DNA of 48,515 nucleotides from Phoronis australis. Its lineage: Eukaryota > Animalia > Phoronida. A model generated the notes under the pieces. That model saw only the letters and a program-made list of their open reading frames with translations. It did no database searches and was not told the origin of the DNA. Below, piece by piece: positions 34,904 to 48,515 of this stretch. Position 1 is the stretch's first letter, and each line of letters begins with the position of its first letter. A program made the position numbers and the translations under genes. The stretch covers positions 24,999 through 73,513 of the forward strand of contig NMRA01000652.1 in the NCBI GenBank assembly GCA_002633005.1, given 5' to 3'.

Positions 34904-37900
34904 CTGAAAAAGAAAAAAACCACATTTCCATCAATTATAGCACACAAAGCACTTTGAATAACCTTTGTAGATCAATTTCCCACATGTGCGCAATTGGAAC
35001 ATAAACTAGATGTAAATTAAATACATATACATACACACGCACGCAAACACAAAGACATAAATTATATGTATGCGTTTCTTAAAACACAAAATGGCCCAAA
35101 GGTTTCAGGTCATTAGTGTTCTAAAACTAACAAATGCACTAAATGTGATGAAACCACTTTGAATTCATTTCCAATTTTCCGAAATACCATTTCTGACGTA
35201 AAATTTTAATCTGGAGAAATCTCACTACCTTTAACTCGTTTCCTTCTCCAAGAACAATAATTTACATACTTAACTAATTATTTCAACTTGTAAATACCAT
35301 TTACAGAGATATCAAACGACACTCTAATTTGACAATAATCAATTCATAAAGCTGAGTGCAGTCCTTTGTGCCAGCTGTTCAAGATCCAAGATTTTTCAAC
35401 TTTTAAGTAGCAACACACAATGCCTATTGGGAAATTAACAAATCACTGACCCCAACAGAGTGATCACAAAAATAATCCAGAAATGTGATGAAATTGTTTA
35501 CAGCAGACTCACGTAGTCAATGTTATTGATTAGGCAGATCAAATCTGGGCCTTGGAGCTTCTACAAACCACAGTCAATTGTTTAAAGTAAAACTTGCAAG
35601 CTAATTCCTTATCTCTATGATTTCTTGGTCAAATCAGTTAGAAACACAGCGTATAGCGATGATGTGCATATGAAATAGGTTGAAAATTGCCAAATGTTTT
35701 TAAGAACGAGTTTTGTGTGGAAAATGATCCACTGTAAATCATTCAACCGTGTCGTATCGTGACGTGGTGTTGGGGAATAACACTGCATGATGCTGGTTTG
35801 TGTGCCCCCAAGGTACCTCATTAGTACCAAAGTCACCTAATTCAGATTTTTTTGTTTTCACATTTACAAGTTGCCAATGAATACAAATGCACTTTGATAA
35901 GCATAGATGATGTTCAAATAGCATTGTCGCTTAGTTCCTGCTATACATGAGCCTAGTTAGGAGTGTGCAAATGCATCTTTCAAGCGACACTGTGCACACT
36001 TTTGGAGGCCCAAAAACAGCATCGGCAAACTGCTAAAAAATTGTGACAGTTCCAGTTAAACAGACAAAACTATCATCTGTGAATTCCATTCAAATGTGGA
36101 AAACGAGAAGTGAGGGGACTATTGCCTTTTTAAGGCATTTGTGGTCAATTTTTGTAAATTTTATTATCTTAGTAATATTATAAAGGTGGTTTAAGGTTTT
36201 TATGATGATTTACATGACTGCCATAAAGACTTTTTAACTTAAAATACATTGAAAATCCCAAGTCTATAAAAATATTGTCTTTATTTGTCCAGACGCAAAA
36301 ATTACAAGAAACTGAAAATTAATTTGGAACATTTTACGAATAGCTAAAGCAGAACCTTTAAGGCTTCTCCAATGTGCTAGGTGGCGTGATGTAAAAAACC
36401 AACAAAAGTACAGCATCACAGAACAAGTCCGCAGAAAATGTGATCAAATGGAATTTTTGTGGAACATTCGAGGGATGCTGGTAATTAGATTGAAACATTT
36501 TAATGCAACACATCTCACGAAAAATGAGATGATCGATGAATATAACACACACTAAGTTTATTGGCTCACTTCGGATCATCTTATCTTAGGAATGGCTGCT
36601 CGGGTTCATATCTAACTTAAGATACAGCGATTTTCCGTAGATAAGCCCATGCCATGAAACGCCCATGGGCGTTTATTGCAAAAATTATGCATTTATTCAG
36701 TACTACAACTTCTGGTGTCAAGTGTCCAGATAGTGGGGCGGAAAATTTCCTCTTAAAAGCCCACTCAGCGTCAACTTTTTGTCTCAAGTTCAGTTTTGTG
36801 GAACATTTATCATTTATAAAAACGAACAAGGTGTTGACGAACTATGCATTTATCAACATAAAATTTAAAAACACAGTTTTAAGTAAAAAAACGTCAAAGT
36901 CACCAAAGCTATGACTTACCATTTACAAGCCCCTCTTTTCCGAATAAACGACCGGGCATTTATTTGGTGTTACTAAAACAGCTGAAAATTTTCATTTTCC
37001 GAATACATGCCCATGGGCTTATCTACGGAAAATCCCGGTACTATGCTTCACGCGCAGCTCTCTAAAGTGCTTTGAGGGTTTGAGCAAGCAGAAATCGAAA
37101 ACAATAGGACCTTTGCGATTTTTATGAAAAAAATCAAAAGCTGCATAAATGATAACAATGTGATATTTTAGAAAACTGTAACAGCGTTTCTGAGATCTCA
37201 TCTTTAACATTTAAAGCAAATAAAATTTGATTGCATTATTGATACCATTGTTGGGCTATCAATGGGGCATTCTTTTTGCTGTTTTTTACTGAAAAAACAT
37301 GTTAACGTGATTCAATTAACGCCAGATTCATAAAATGTAAAAAAGCAGTTCTACAGGTTTTCTACTTTCAGAAAATAATTACATAATTTTACCAAGTTAA
37401 AATCTTATTGAACTAGACAGTAATGCAGTCTCATCAACAAGGCCCCACATAACCTTGACAAAACAAAATGTTTGTAGCTCTCGCCCAGTTCTATTAGTCA
37501 CAGCATTCCTTTTGTGATGTCACCAGAGGCCAAGAACAATTTTTACAAAAACAATGCTGCAGGGAAACGCAATTTTAGCCGAGTCCTGTAGAATGCAAGA
37601 TATTAGCCATGTACACGGGGCAAGAAATCTTCGCTTGTGGAACAGAAGTGGCAAATTCTATGCAATTGCTCATGAATTCTATACCATAATTCAACATTCC
37701 AGCCTCACCGATCAATCACATCAAAAGATGCTATTTTACTAGCTTACACTAGTAAGGAATCAAGCATACTTGCAAAACATTCGTCTTTCACTCACATAAT
37801 TTTGCATGTTCTTGCAGGATATCATTTTTGTCGCGAGAAACTCAGTAACAGAACACATCCCAGATCTTACTTGAATGGAGAAACATCTTAAAAGTTTGAG

Positions 37901-40900
37901 CATGCAATAACCAGTAGAGGTTGGAACACAGAATAAGACACCCACCCGTCCACCCTCTGCCTCTGCCTTCAAATCAATACATTCCATGGCCTCAGCCTTA
38001 ACAGCTTTACTGGATCCCCCAGCAGAGGGCGCCTGAAGCAAAAAAGTAGTTCCATAAGATAACAGCTGGTAATGATATAACAAAGTTACTTAAATGGTAA
38101 ATGCCTTTTGGGCATTAAGATGTTTTAAACAAAAAAGCAACAGCACACAATTATCAAGATATGCAAATTAATCCTTCTCCAACAGGAAAATTAAATGGAC
38201 AAAACAATAAATTCATATTCACAAAAGTTCATATGTGTAAAAAGTAAAACTGTTTAAATATTGGGAGCTGCATTTTGCCCTGTTTAGCTAAAAACGAAAC
38301 TGAAATATTTCTCAGCATGGTAAGACTCCATTTCCATTACCATCAAGAACATCAGATCCATTGACTGGGGTTGATCAACCCTAAATTTGTGAATTGGAAG
38401 ATGCGTGTGAGGGATTGGCCAACCCTAAAATTCCAAATTTAAAATGATGGTACAACACATTGTGTGTGACTCGAGTTGCTAATCAGAAATGATACACTAT
38501 CACTGTTCAAGGAATGTTATGAAAGTAAAAGGCTGAATTTGATTTTCTTTGGTCAGCATGCTAAACAGGGCGAAATGCTGCTGAAAAAGGGTTCAACACA
38601 GTTTTAACTTGTCATTAATATTTTTTAAAATCATTTTCACATTTTCTATTTAGTCTTTGCCAACTACTACACATCTGCGAAAAAAAATAATTGGGGCCAA
38701 AGTATTATTTTTTTTTCTTAAAACTGTCTAAAACGAGCATCTCTGGCAAAAATGAGAAATTTCTTCACTCACTTCGAACACAAGTAATTGCCAAACAGAC
38801 AGAAATGGGAATTGTTCAGCAAGTACTGACAATGCCCTGCCATGATACATGTGCACAAAAATGTTGTAATCACCTGCTTTTTCCTGGGAAATCGGTTATC
38901 ACAGTGCAAACAAATTATCTCCATGTTCTCGTTCAACTAAAATAAAAACAAAACAAGACATCGCCGGTGATGACCTCTTTGTTCATTTTTGAACGTTGGC
39001 AACTCCAAGTTAAGTCAAACCATTTCTTAAAGTGACTGTCACCAGTGAAGGCCAGGACTTTAGCACTACCGCACATGGGGGTTTCTTTTTTGGCAACTGG
39101 AGAATTCTGCTAGGCCGCATTTGACAAGTTGACATACATCCTGGCAAAATAACTAGTCAAACATCATTATGACATCTACCTTTCTCTTCTTTGCTGGCTC
39201 ATAGCCAACGGGATAAACCGACGTTTTAAAATTCTGTATCTCTTTTCCTGCCCTGGTTTCAAAGAGTTCCTCATCTGGCACTAGAAAATTCGACGGAAAC
39301 GCTTTATTCACATTCTTAACAATCAGGGATTAGAATGACCAATGACAAAAATATAGAAAAATTTCCAGGAGATGTATTGTTACACAAGTAGGCTTGAGCG
39401 ATGGAAATATTTTTGTGTCATACTTAAAACGTTTTTGTATAAATAAAGTCAAAATAACAATAAAAAGACTCGCAAAAAGAGGAAACTGTAAATCAAACAA
39501 GAAGAAATTGAAAACAAAAAAGAGAAAATCCTCTTAAAAGAGGAAAATTCCAAGCCCTGAACAATAACAAATATCATATCTCAAGTACTGCGATAGGCCA
39601 TTGTCTAGAAGGCACCCTCCGGGTGTTTCATTTTTACCACTTGGATCACTTCTTATCCTGTTTACAACAACATACTGCATAGTGTCACCTACTGGACATT
39701 GAGGAAAACATCAGCAGCTATGCAGACGATGAAAAGTTCAAGCGACCGTCTGTTTATTTTTGCAGGGAGAAAAGAAAGTTTCAGAAAAAACTGCATAATA
39801 AATCTATGGCCAGCATATCTTGAAGTTGATCCAACATCTATGAAAGTGAATAGGAGTCGTGTTCAGCAAAACGTATCTCAATGTCTTTTGATAAAAGAAA
39901 CTAAAACTTAACCAAACTGAAACAATACCTCAGTCTTAAGGCCTTTTACTCAAAATTGAGCTAACAACAACATGTTTATAATATCACTCTTCATGAAATG
40001 CAAGAGACAAAGACTGTAAATAAAGTGACAAGCAGCAAGTTGGAAAATTAATGAAGTATGTTCATTATGGCATTTTTATTAACAGGTTCCAGTACTCGTC
40101 GAATACCAGCGATTACTCTATCGCTACTACTATGTTCGGATTTCATGCATGCAATGACAGAGATCAAGCAGCGTCACCTACTGGTGAGGTCCGTAAACTC
40201 TTCAGGGGCATCCCGGTCAAGAGCCAGCGCCTCCAAGTTCCTGTAGTACGTCTGCAAGTTGGGATTGTCGAACATCTCAGGCGTGTACTTGAACTTTAAC
40301 CTCTTCACCACCTCCTTGGCTTTGTCTATTTGCTCGGTCGAGGCTAAAGGTCAGAGGTCAAAATTATCATGACACAGTTTTGCAGAGTGAGAATTCACTG
40401 ATCACCAGCAATAATGTCAAAATTCATTCAGATTTAAAACCCAACTTTTCTATAATCAGTGATGATAACATAAGATGAATCACTTAGTTTGATAGATTTC
40501 ACGTCAATGAGGTGTCTTGTGTCCATGGAATACAGCCCAGCCAAGGCATCTAAAACACACAGCAAATGAAAAGTAACAGTATGTCATAGCCCCATTCATT
40601 GTCAAAGTTGTCATTAGAGGTGACTAAATTTCAGTATTATGAGACCACCTATACTATCAACAGTCAATCACACCCAAATATTTTCTAAAACATTTAAAAG
40701 TTTTAATCCTTCAAACCTTGTATTTTGAAAATCCTTGATCACAGAAGCACATATGAGGTTGAAAACAATGCCTAGATGTTAGTCACATAACCTATGTGTT
40801 TTCTGAATTCAGTTTTTTATTAAAGAAATTGGCAGTAGCGCATAATGGAACCCACTAAGTTAACAGGAGCAGTTGAGTGGTTTACCACAGAGCTAATTCC

Positions 40901-43900
40901 CATGCATCAAAAAATGTATTTTAAGCACATTTAAATGGTAAAAACACCAGCTTTCATTTCAGCAAATGTCAGGCAGACAACGGCGAGAATTTGTGATTTG
41001 TAATAAAATCAAAAACAAAACAGAACATGATTGTGAGACTACCCTTGTTTGAGAATGTTTAAGCACACATAACGTGTTTATGTGCTGTTCAAAAATAGAT
41101 AGTTTCACGAGTTAAAACTTGAGGATGAGACCACTGATAATGAAAGAAGTCGGTGCATTCATAGTCCTTTACAATCGAATACAAATGAAAGATTGAAACT
41201 AACACAATAGCTGCACATTTTCACTGGTTTATAATAAAAAACAATCATATGTAATACTATGGATTTGTACGGTAATATAGTTCAACTTCAGACAACCATT
41301 GTCAATACCTTTTGCTGTAGGGGCAAAGTTGATTTTCCTGAAGTCATCTGCAAACGGAAGAAAGACGACATGAAAGCCTGGAGGTGCTATCTGACTCTTG
41401 TCTTCCGCTATTTCCTCTTCCTGAAAAATACAAGTTATGATCAAGTATTGAAAAACACTAATAAGTACAAATTAAATTAAAAATTTTCAAAGGCCCAATC
41501 CACCAACTTATGACAATTTTCAATTTCAAAAAAAAAATTTTGAATAACACCACAGAAACTTTAAATTTGGTTTCAACATGTACTTTACTTAGTTCATGAG
41601 AGATTTCTGAATTTGAAAAGAGACAAATCTATATCAGTTGAATACTAAAACTGAGCTCCATAGATGTAGTAAGTCATCCTTTTCCATGCCTAAAGCAATT
41701 AAGTATCTCCATCAGTCAAAATGGCAATAACAGTTGGTCTGAGCCTGACCACTAGGTGGCGTATCATTAGATGCTTATCAGCTCAACAGGGGAGGACTAC
41801 ATACTACAGCTATGTAACACTTTGCTTTGCAACAAGGGCAGCAATGTCACCATTACACAAAGAAGTGTTCAACAGCATATTATTCTCTCTCAGTTGCACA
41901 ACACACAACAGTCCAAAGCAATCGGCATAAGATTTCTCAACAATTCATTATTTTGCTATCATCTCCTTTGTCATCTCTTGACAAAGAGACGCAAGTTTGA
42001 ATATTCAACCTGAGGTTCATTATGCGAATCACAAATTGGAAGTGGAAACGGCAAGGCACAACAAAATGGATTTATGTAAAAGAATTTCCATTTTCTGTAA
42101 TATGAACTACGTTGAAGACGAATTGCATTTTTTGTTGATGTGTACTGCTTGTGCAGACCTCTGTCAGCAATATATGAATGTAAATTTTGATAACCATAAC
42201 CCCATCCTACACTTCAACAACATTATGAAGACTCCTGATGCAGACATAGTAAAGTTCGTATATTCAGCCACAGTGCATAGAGAACAAATGTTCAACTCTG
42301 AATGTTTTTTATTTAACTGTGCTTGTATGTTTGTTATTGTACTTCAGGCCTCTGGCCTCAAATGCAATAAAGTACGGTATGGTATGGTATTCAACCTGAC
42401 AGTCCTTCCAGGACAAACAGACATGATGCAACCAACAGCATACACTTCAACAACTGAGTATCAAGATTATATATAGTTGCACACAAAGCAAATAGTTCAT
42501 ACAAACATCAAGCGTTAACATCGTAATATATCATTCAGCTAAAATGCATTAAGTCTTTCTGGTTGACTCACCTGCGGCAGTAACGCGACAAACCGCGGTG
42601 GTGTGTTCTTCCGTGCAATGTACCGACAGATGGCTACCACCTCTCGTTCGAGACACTTTCGCAACAGCGCCGTAAAAAGTGACGTGCTACCCTTGATTAT
42701 CTGAAAATTGACTGAAAATTGAACACCAGTACTGAACACGCACCGCTATTGCTACGATAGACAGCAACAATAGTATGTTAACTTTTTAAATACTAAATTA
42801 ATGTTAATAACAACTGAAAAATGTTTAAAAATTCTGATTCCATCGTCAAGTTTTAAAATAGAGAATACGTTAACAGTTGTATTACTGTTTTCAAGGTGAC
42901 TTGTAAATCCACATGTGGCTGTAGGAGACATTTCTTTACACAGTCTAAACTGATGTTTACGACAAAGAATTTCACTATTCCTAAGTCTCCTTTCAGATCT
43001 AGCGTAAAATGTCCTGGACATAGAATCACATATTCCTTTATAACCCTTTTAAAAATGTATTAAAAACTTTAACATTTGATTAAAATCACAACATAAAATT
43101 AGTCACTCATTGATTCTCAGTATAAACATAGACAGCAAATGGTGCAGCCATGTTTTAATAGTAAGTCAATGAACAGAAACTGCGCTCATCTTACAAACTT
43201 CTGAATCCATTGAAAAAACCAGACTGTATCTTGCTCTTGGCAATTTAAAGGCTACGAAAGGCATGTTTTGTGAAAACCCTTACTGTCTCCTCAGGATAAA
43301 TAAACTGGCATGGTTTGACATGGTAATGCCTCTTGATGCAAGACTGTGGCTTGAAACCAATCAGAGACAATCCTGGAATACAAGTACACCAAATTCACAC
43401 CAGGTGTAGCAGTGATAATATGGTGCATATAAGCTAAACACTGTAAGAAAAGATTTAAAAACACAGTGAAAAGTTTGCAAGTCTTCAGTTTTGGTAGGCG
43501 AGTTATGGAGATAAACAGTCATGAATTTAGGACTAAAATAATTCCGTGAGATACCAGGGCAACTGTTCTATCAAATATCAAATAAAAATTAGAGTTTTCT
43601 CTATTTTTGTTAAGAAATTGCCCGAGTGTTGAATTGTCATTACCGCAATGGGTGCCAGACTGTCCCTCACAAATGTTTCGACTCATACTCAAAACGACTC
43701 TGATTCAGGAACCTTGTTTGAAATGTCAGACAAGGTAGGTATTTTGTCTAAAACCCATTTCTGTATCTTCATTGACTGTTGATACGTCTTAGTAATTGTA
43801 CTCTATTTTATAAGTTTTTCTCAAAATCTAATCAGCACTAGGAAACGCAGCTCTAAAACAATTGGCTTGTGTGATAGAAATAATTTATGTGTTGTAAAAT

Positions 43901-46900
43901 TTAACTGAAATAAACATTTTTGCAAAGTCAAAATAATGATAAACAGAGACAAAAGAGAGGAAACTGGATATTAAATAGGAGGAAATCGAAAACAAAAAGA
44001 AGAGATACTCATAAAAGAGGAAAATTCCAAGATATGAGTGAAAGAAAAAATTTTACTAGTCTGTCAGGAATCGTGTCCCAAACTAAAAATGTTTGCAGTA
44101 ATTAGATATCCTTAAGTTTGTAATACACTGCAGAAACAGAACCTAGAAAGTTTAATACAAAAGTTATAATCTCTATGAAAAAATGCAAGTTTTAGAAGAA
44201 AAAGGACAAATGAACACAAACACCCAGGCATTATTTTCTGTGCACATAATGACAATTTGTGATTATCAGAATATTTTTGTTTAACCCACTGTGACCACGC
44301 AAATGATATGTTCAGTGATCTCTAGAAACATTTAGAACCAAAGCGCATAAAAAGTTCCAATATTGTATTTCTTACTTAACATATTAATTATTTGCCAACT
44401 TGAACACAACAAATTACCTGGGGCATCAAACTTCTTCATCTGGTTAAGTTCATCAACCTCAAACGAGATACTTCTCCCAGCCCAATCCTGGCTTTTCTTC
44501 ATATCAAGCGGCATTAGTATGTCTCCTGTCTACAATAAGTATCAATCGGTCTATTCACTTAGTTTAATACGTACATCCCATCTATACTGTCATTTGTACA
44601 CTATATTAGATGTTTGTTGTCATGTAAAAGTGCCCACTGCAGAACATAAATGCTAATTCTTTACCTAATTAACATACAATATGGCCGACGAGTGATATTT
44701 TGTTTATAATTCTAAAGAAATAAATTTTAGCAGGTGAAATTTAGCATCAAACCATTGCAGCTTTTTCAAAGTGTTTTCTCACAATATGGTTGTTTAAGCT
44801 TGGTGATATTTAAAAATGTCACTTATTGACCAAGCTGACCGACGTACATCGGTATAGTATCGAGTCACTGTCTTGACTTCTTCATTAGTCTTCTTGTACA
44901 GTTTCACATGAGGTGGTTTGCTCGCTGAACGCATGAGAGTGTAACTGTAACATAAGAATGGCCATTATCCAAGCACCGTACAGCAAAGTGCAGAATAGTG
45001 CATAACACATAGTTTCACATGAATCTGATCAGCCATTTCTGATGTTCTGAAGTTGGCCAAACATTTTCTAAGGTTCTGCGTAACATTAAGGTAGTACATG
45101 CATTTATAATAAGTTTAACACTTGAATGCGTAAAATCAAAGAGCATGTGGGTTAAGATACAAAATGATGGATTTGAAAGTGCTAGTCAAATTAACATTAG
45201 AAATGATAATGAGGTGACATATAACCCCACGGTAGTGGAGATGTTCACATTTACATTACATTTTAATGCTTAACTACTTATCTATGTTTACTTGTGAATC
45301 AATACCACTATGACAAGAAAATAAAGTTTTATGACTAATTAAAATATCTAATCAAAGAGAAATAAGAATGGGTCAGCAACTTCAAACATCAGTGAAGAAA
45401 TATAAGATTCTATTTATAAAAAATCTGTTACGACGAGATAGAGGACAAGAACTAAAAACAGTCAGATGATGAGGGTTCAACACCGAGACACGAAGTGCTT
45501 TGATCATGCCTAACAACATGGTTTATCACCGTGTGAACAAAGGGCTATTGTGAGTAATGAATGGTGTAAGGAACTCTCCAAATATGTTATGGGGAATCAC
45601 ACGTGAAACAATTGATTTTAAAGCTGCTATAAGCCAGCGTTATGGCAACAACTTTTGATTTAAATCACTTATCGTTATGAACCTGGTATCAATTTGTTAC
45701 TTACTTAGATTAGGGTCCGGTATCAAATCCTTTTACTAGAAATTGAACTCGAACATAAAATTGGCATTTAGCTTTCTCCTTTATTGCAAACTCACGATAA
45801 TTCTCTATCATTCTGTGCTTAGGTATATTATGGATTATGCAAACCACTGTTTAGTCCACATTCATATTTAATGACCCCAAGATACGAGCTGCAAACTCGA
45901 GAAAAAGGTCAAGATATCGAGTAAAAATTGAAATCTCGAGTTCATACTCGAACTTATGGTGGTAATGCTGGGGTTATCAAGTGCAAAATAGGATTACACA
46001 GTCATTTACATAAACAATGATATCTCGAGCTCAGAAAAATAGACATTTATCTTAAGTTCATGAGAAAAGAGAAGGGAAAACATTAAGAATAAGACAGTTG
46101 AGTTCTATTTCGAGTAAAAAGATTAGATCCCGCCCCACGGGGATTTCTTGGCTTACTTGGACTAGGCTCAATAGGTGTGATTGTCACCGTGATACATTTT
46201 ACATGCTGAGCCTCATCTTGAGCAATAGCCAGCGGTCAGTCCTTTGCAAGCCTTGAAATCTCCGTCTCCTCCGAGTAAAGAACGAGACAACAGACCACAA
46301 TGGAGTTATTGTGCTATCTGCGTTTCTCACTTGTACTTTTACTTATTTTCATTTGTCGTGAATTTTTACTCATATTTTTTTGTACTTGTGTGAGCTAAAT
46401 AAAACATTAAGAAAATAAAAACATAGTAAAACAGCGGTAAGTGATCTAAATTAAAAGTTCTAATTCTCTTTTGCACATGGCCGGTATACTAAAGCTTTGA
46501 CCAACATTTCCACAAAGCATTCATAGTAATCACATCATGTACAGTCATCTCTCTGTAAAAGTTGTTACAGTACAACGCTACATTGTCTTACACTCCCACA
46601 GCCATGTCCAGGCCCGCCCCCAGCGACAGCGGGACCTTTCCAATTGTTCTCTTTTTGTTGATCTTGGCAAAAACCCTGAAAATGCAAGATAAATTGTGAC
46701 TAACATAAGTTGCTTCTTAACTTAAAGTTACGTGGTATTGGTGTTTGTTCATACAATTATCCCACAAATAAGTGACTCAGTTTGATTGGATATGACTTTA
46801 CTTATGCAAACTGTACTCTGAATACACGGTTTGACTGCTGGGTCGAGACCTGCAACCGGGATTTTGCAATTTTGACGTAGAAAACCGTACCAGTCGGTGT

Positions 46901-48328
46901 AATTACACTCGAAATCGATCAGATGGTGGACCTGGCTTTCGAGCAATTTTCTACCTGGTAAATGTGAAAAGCTTACTGTTATTGAAATGGAGCAAACCTT
47001 CAAGATTTTAAAGTGAGTGTTGTGTTTAAGGAAAACAATTGTAGACTTGTGCAGTGATAATTATGCAAACAATAAGAAAAGGAAGGTGACTCACACCTGC
47101 GCTCAAAATTTGAAATTAAATCTAAAGATAACAGAAATCAAATTTAAGTGAATTCAACAGCAAATACTTGTAACTAGCGTCCCTAGTGGAGATTTTAGAA
47201 ACTGCTTTTTTCGACCTGGAATTCCTGGTTTTGATTGCAAATGTCAAATTTCGACCGACAATTATTTGGAGGCTGAAATTATTGACCTTGAAATTTTTGC
47301 TGGCAAAAGTCATTATACACTCCTCAAACTAATTTCCATTTAAACACCTCATATAGTACCTTTTCTGCAGTTGTTCCACCTGTTCTGCAGCATCCTGTAC
47401 GTCCTCACTATCATTGTAGAACAGCAGGTCCTTGTAAAACTTGTCGACGGAGAACAGCACACCCTGTCGGTGCATGTGCAGGAGCTGCAACTCGATGCCC
47501 ATTTCCTGCAGGTCTGCTGCCTTTGTCTTGGCCTGGTTCTAGAAGCAGACGATTAATAACTGAGCAGACGGAATATTGGATAGAGAAAGAAAAATACACA
47601 AATTACTAAGTTGCAGGGTTGACGTTCATAACATTGATTACATTGTTCTTCTGTACGTTACTGTGAATACAATAAATGTAATTAAAAAAAACATTACTCT
47701 GAGCATTACAAAGATGCAAGGTACTTTTAATTTGCACTGACTTTTGAAGAAGACAAAGCATTGGATGATAAGCAAAGTAGCGACATGGATATACATGGAA
47801 GTAGACGTACTTCCTCTTTGTTTGTGGATGACAGGAAAATTAAAGCACTATGGATACTGATTGGATATACGTCTGCCGTCTACGACTGGCCTAGCTCTGT
47901 AAGCGGACAGAGAGTCTGATGGGTAATGCAAATCTTCTAAAAAAAGTAAAGAGACAACTTCCATTTTTCCTGGCCTGAATCTAACAGCACACATGAGCCA
48001 GGACAAAAATGATAATAATCGAGACAAAGAAATAATAAGTGATAGATGAACGTGTTCATCGTGGCAAGGTTTATAAAAGCAGACAATGCAAGAAGCTGAC
48101 AAAATGTTGAACAGAGATAGGAATAACTGTAGAATATGCCAGTCGACCGACTTCGACTCACTGGGCTTCACCATGAATAAGTGATTTAACCAAGTATATG
48201 AACTCTTAACCCCTTGATTGCCACCCACAGATCCCTCCACAGACCGTACCTTCAACTGTTGATTGCCAGCGTGAGGGTCGTCATTACAGGTGAATAGCAT
48301 GATCTTCTTGGAACCAAGTTTTTTTGAA
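34784..48328 (-). CDS. XRCC6: Ku70 (X-ray repair cross-complementing 6), 12 C-terminal coding exons; 5' exons lie beyond the window
   Basis: Exons 48328-48250, 47538-47360, 46675-46592, 44944-44848, 44529-44418, 43372-43284, 42700-42572, 41420-41309, 40343-40182, 39280-39180, 38032-37946 and 34903-34784. All are GT-AG and in phase (1351 nt, 449 aa + stop). Recognisable motifs: [75 protein letters not shown]...NLEALAL, and SAP domain LSKLTV...[11 protein letters not shown]. Confidence 0.95.
35586..35978 (-). mobile_element. Kolobok-like TTAA MITE, copy 2 (Ku70 last intron)
   Basis: Inverted copy of 26424-26821; TTAA at 35582-35585 and TTCA at 35979-35982. Confidence 0.8.
36625..37038. mobile_element. 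Tc1/mariner-like MITE with TA TSD
   Basis: TA|CAGCGATTTTCCGTAGATAAGCCCATG...CATGGGCTTATCTACGGAAAATCCCGG|TA. Confidence 0.85.
39324..39559. mobile_element. hAT-like MITE with 6-bp flanking repeat
   Basis: AACAAT|CAGGGATTAGAAT...ATTCCAAGCCCTG|AACAAT. Related partial copy at ~43920-44036. Confidence 0.7.
41749..41761 (+). promoter_or_regulatory. CTCF-like motif in a Ku70 intron
   Basis: CCACTAGGTGGCG matches the CCASYAGRKGGCR consensus. Confidence 0.4.
41870..42389 (+). mobile_element. 5'-truncated RTE-X-like LINE 3' end, antisense in a Ku70 intron
   Basis: [11 protein letters not shown]...[17 protein letters not shown] motif; 3' hairpin AGGCCTCTGGCCT, AATAAA and a (TGGTA)n-like tail. Confidence 0.85.
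43920..44036. repeat. Partial copy of the 39324-39559 MITE
   Basis: aaagtcaaaataa...gaggaaactg...aaaagaggaaaattccaag is shared. Confidence 0.7.
45712..46136. mobile_element. Harbinger-like MITE, diverged copy of 27866-28266
   Basis: GGGTCCGGTATCAAATCCTTTTACT...TTTCGAGTAAAAAGATTAGATCCCGCCC. Confidence 0.8.
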
Positions 48329-48515
48329 CTGGAAAGGAGAGTCATGTGATGCACTTGCACAACACTGCTTAAAATTCTCATGAGTTGCGTGCACAAGATC
48401 ATGAACACTTCTTTTTCAAAGTAAACTGGACATCGAAATTTGATGGACGTTTCGATGCATGGACTAGAGATTAAATAACCATTTACTTTCAGCAACAACC
48501 TGGATCAATTCTGGA

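Noticed and set aside
38019-38033. CTCF-like CCAGCAGAGGGCGCC
   Set aside because: It is the antisense of Ku70 coding sequence (APSAG), so coding constraint explains it.
34904-48249. Intronic C/D snoRNAs in Ku70 introns
   Set aside because: No convincing sense-strand box C plus box D with terminal stem seen by eye; an Infernal/snoReport scan would be needed.
47848-48498. 216-aa ORF as a standalone gene
   Set aside because: Only 48250-48328 is Ku70-like; the rest is in-frame intron read-through.

Overview
Eukaryotic, AT-rich, intron- and repeat-rich invertebrate DNA. The repeat types suggest a lophotrochozoan such as a mollusc, but that is inference. Host genes: (1) twelve 3' coding exons of Ku70/XRCC6 on the minus strand (48328 to 34784), phase-consistent with GT-AG introns and ending in the SAP domain; (2) an intronless 350-aa rhodopsin-class peptide-receptor-like GPCR (14490-15542, -); (3) an intronless 157-aa orphan ORF (30292-30765, +) with CRE sites upstream and AATAAA downstream, convergent with Ku70. 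The rest is decayed transposon sequence. Positions 1-7.5 kb hold several Kolobok-type remnants (transposase plus KolX/P2X7-ballast-like genes, TTAA ends, intron-containing). Elsewhere there are two RTE-X-like LINE 3' ends, a HERO-like RLE LINE, hAT and Academ transposase remnants, a head-to-head tRNA-like palindrome, and many MITEs, including a family with 5-bp TSDs. All family assignments come from motif recognition by eye, not database searches.
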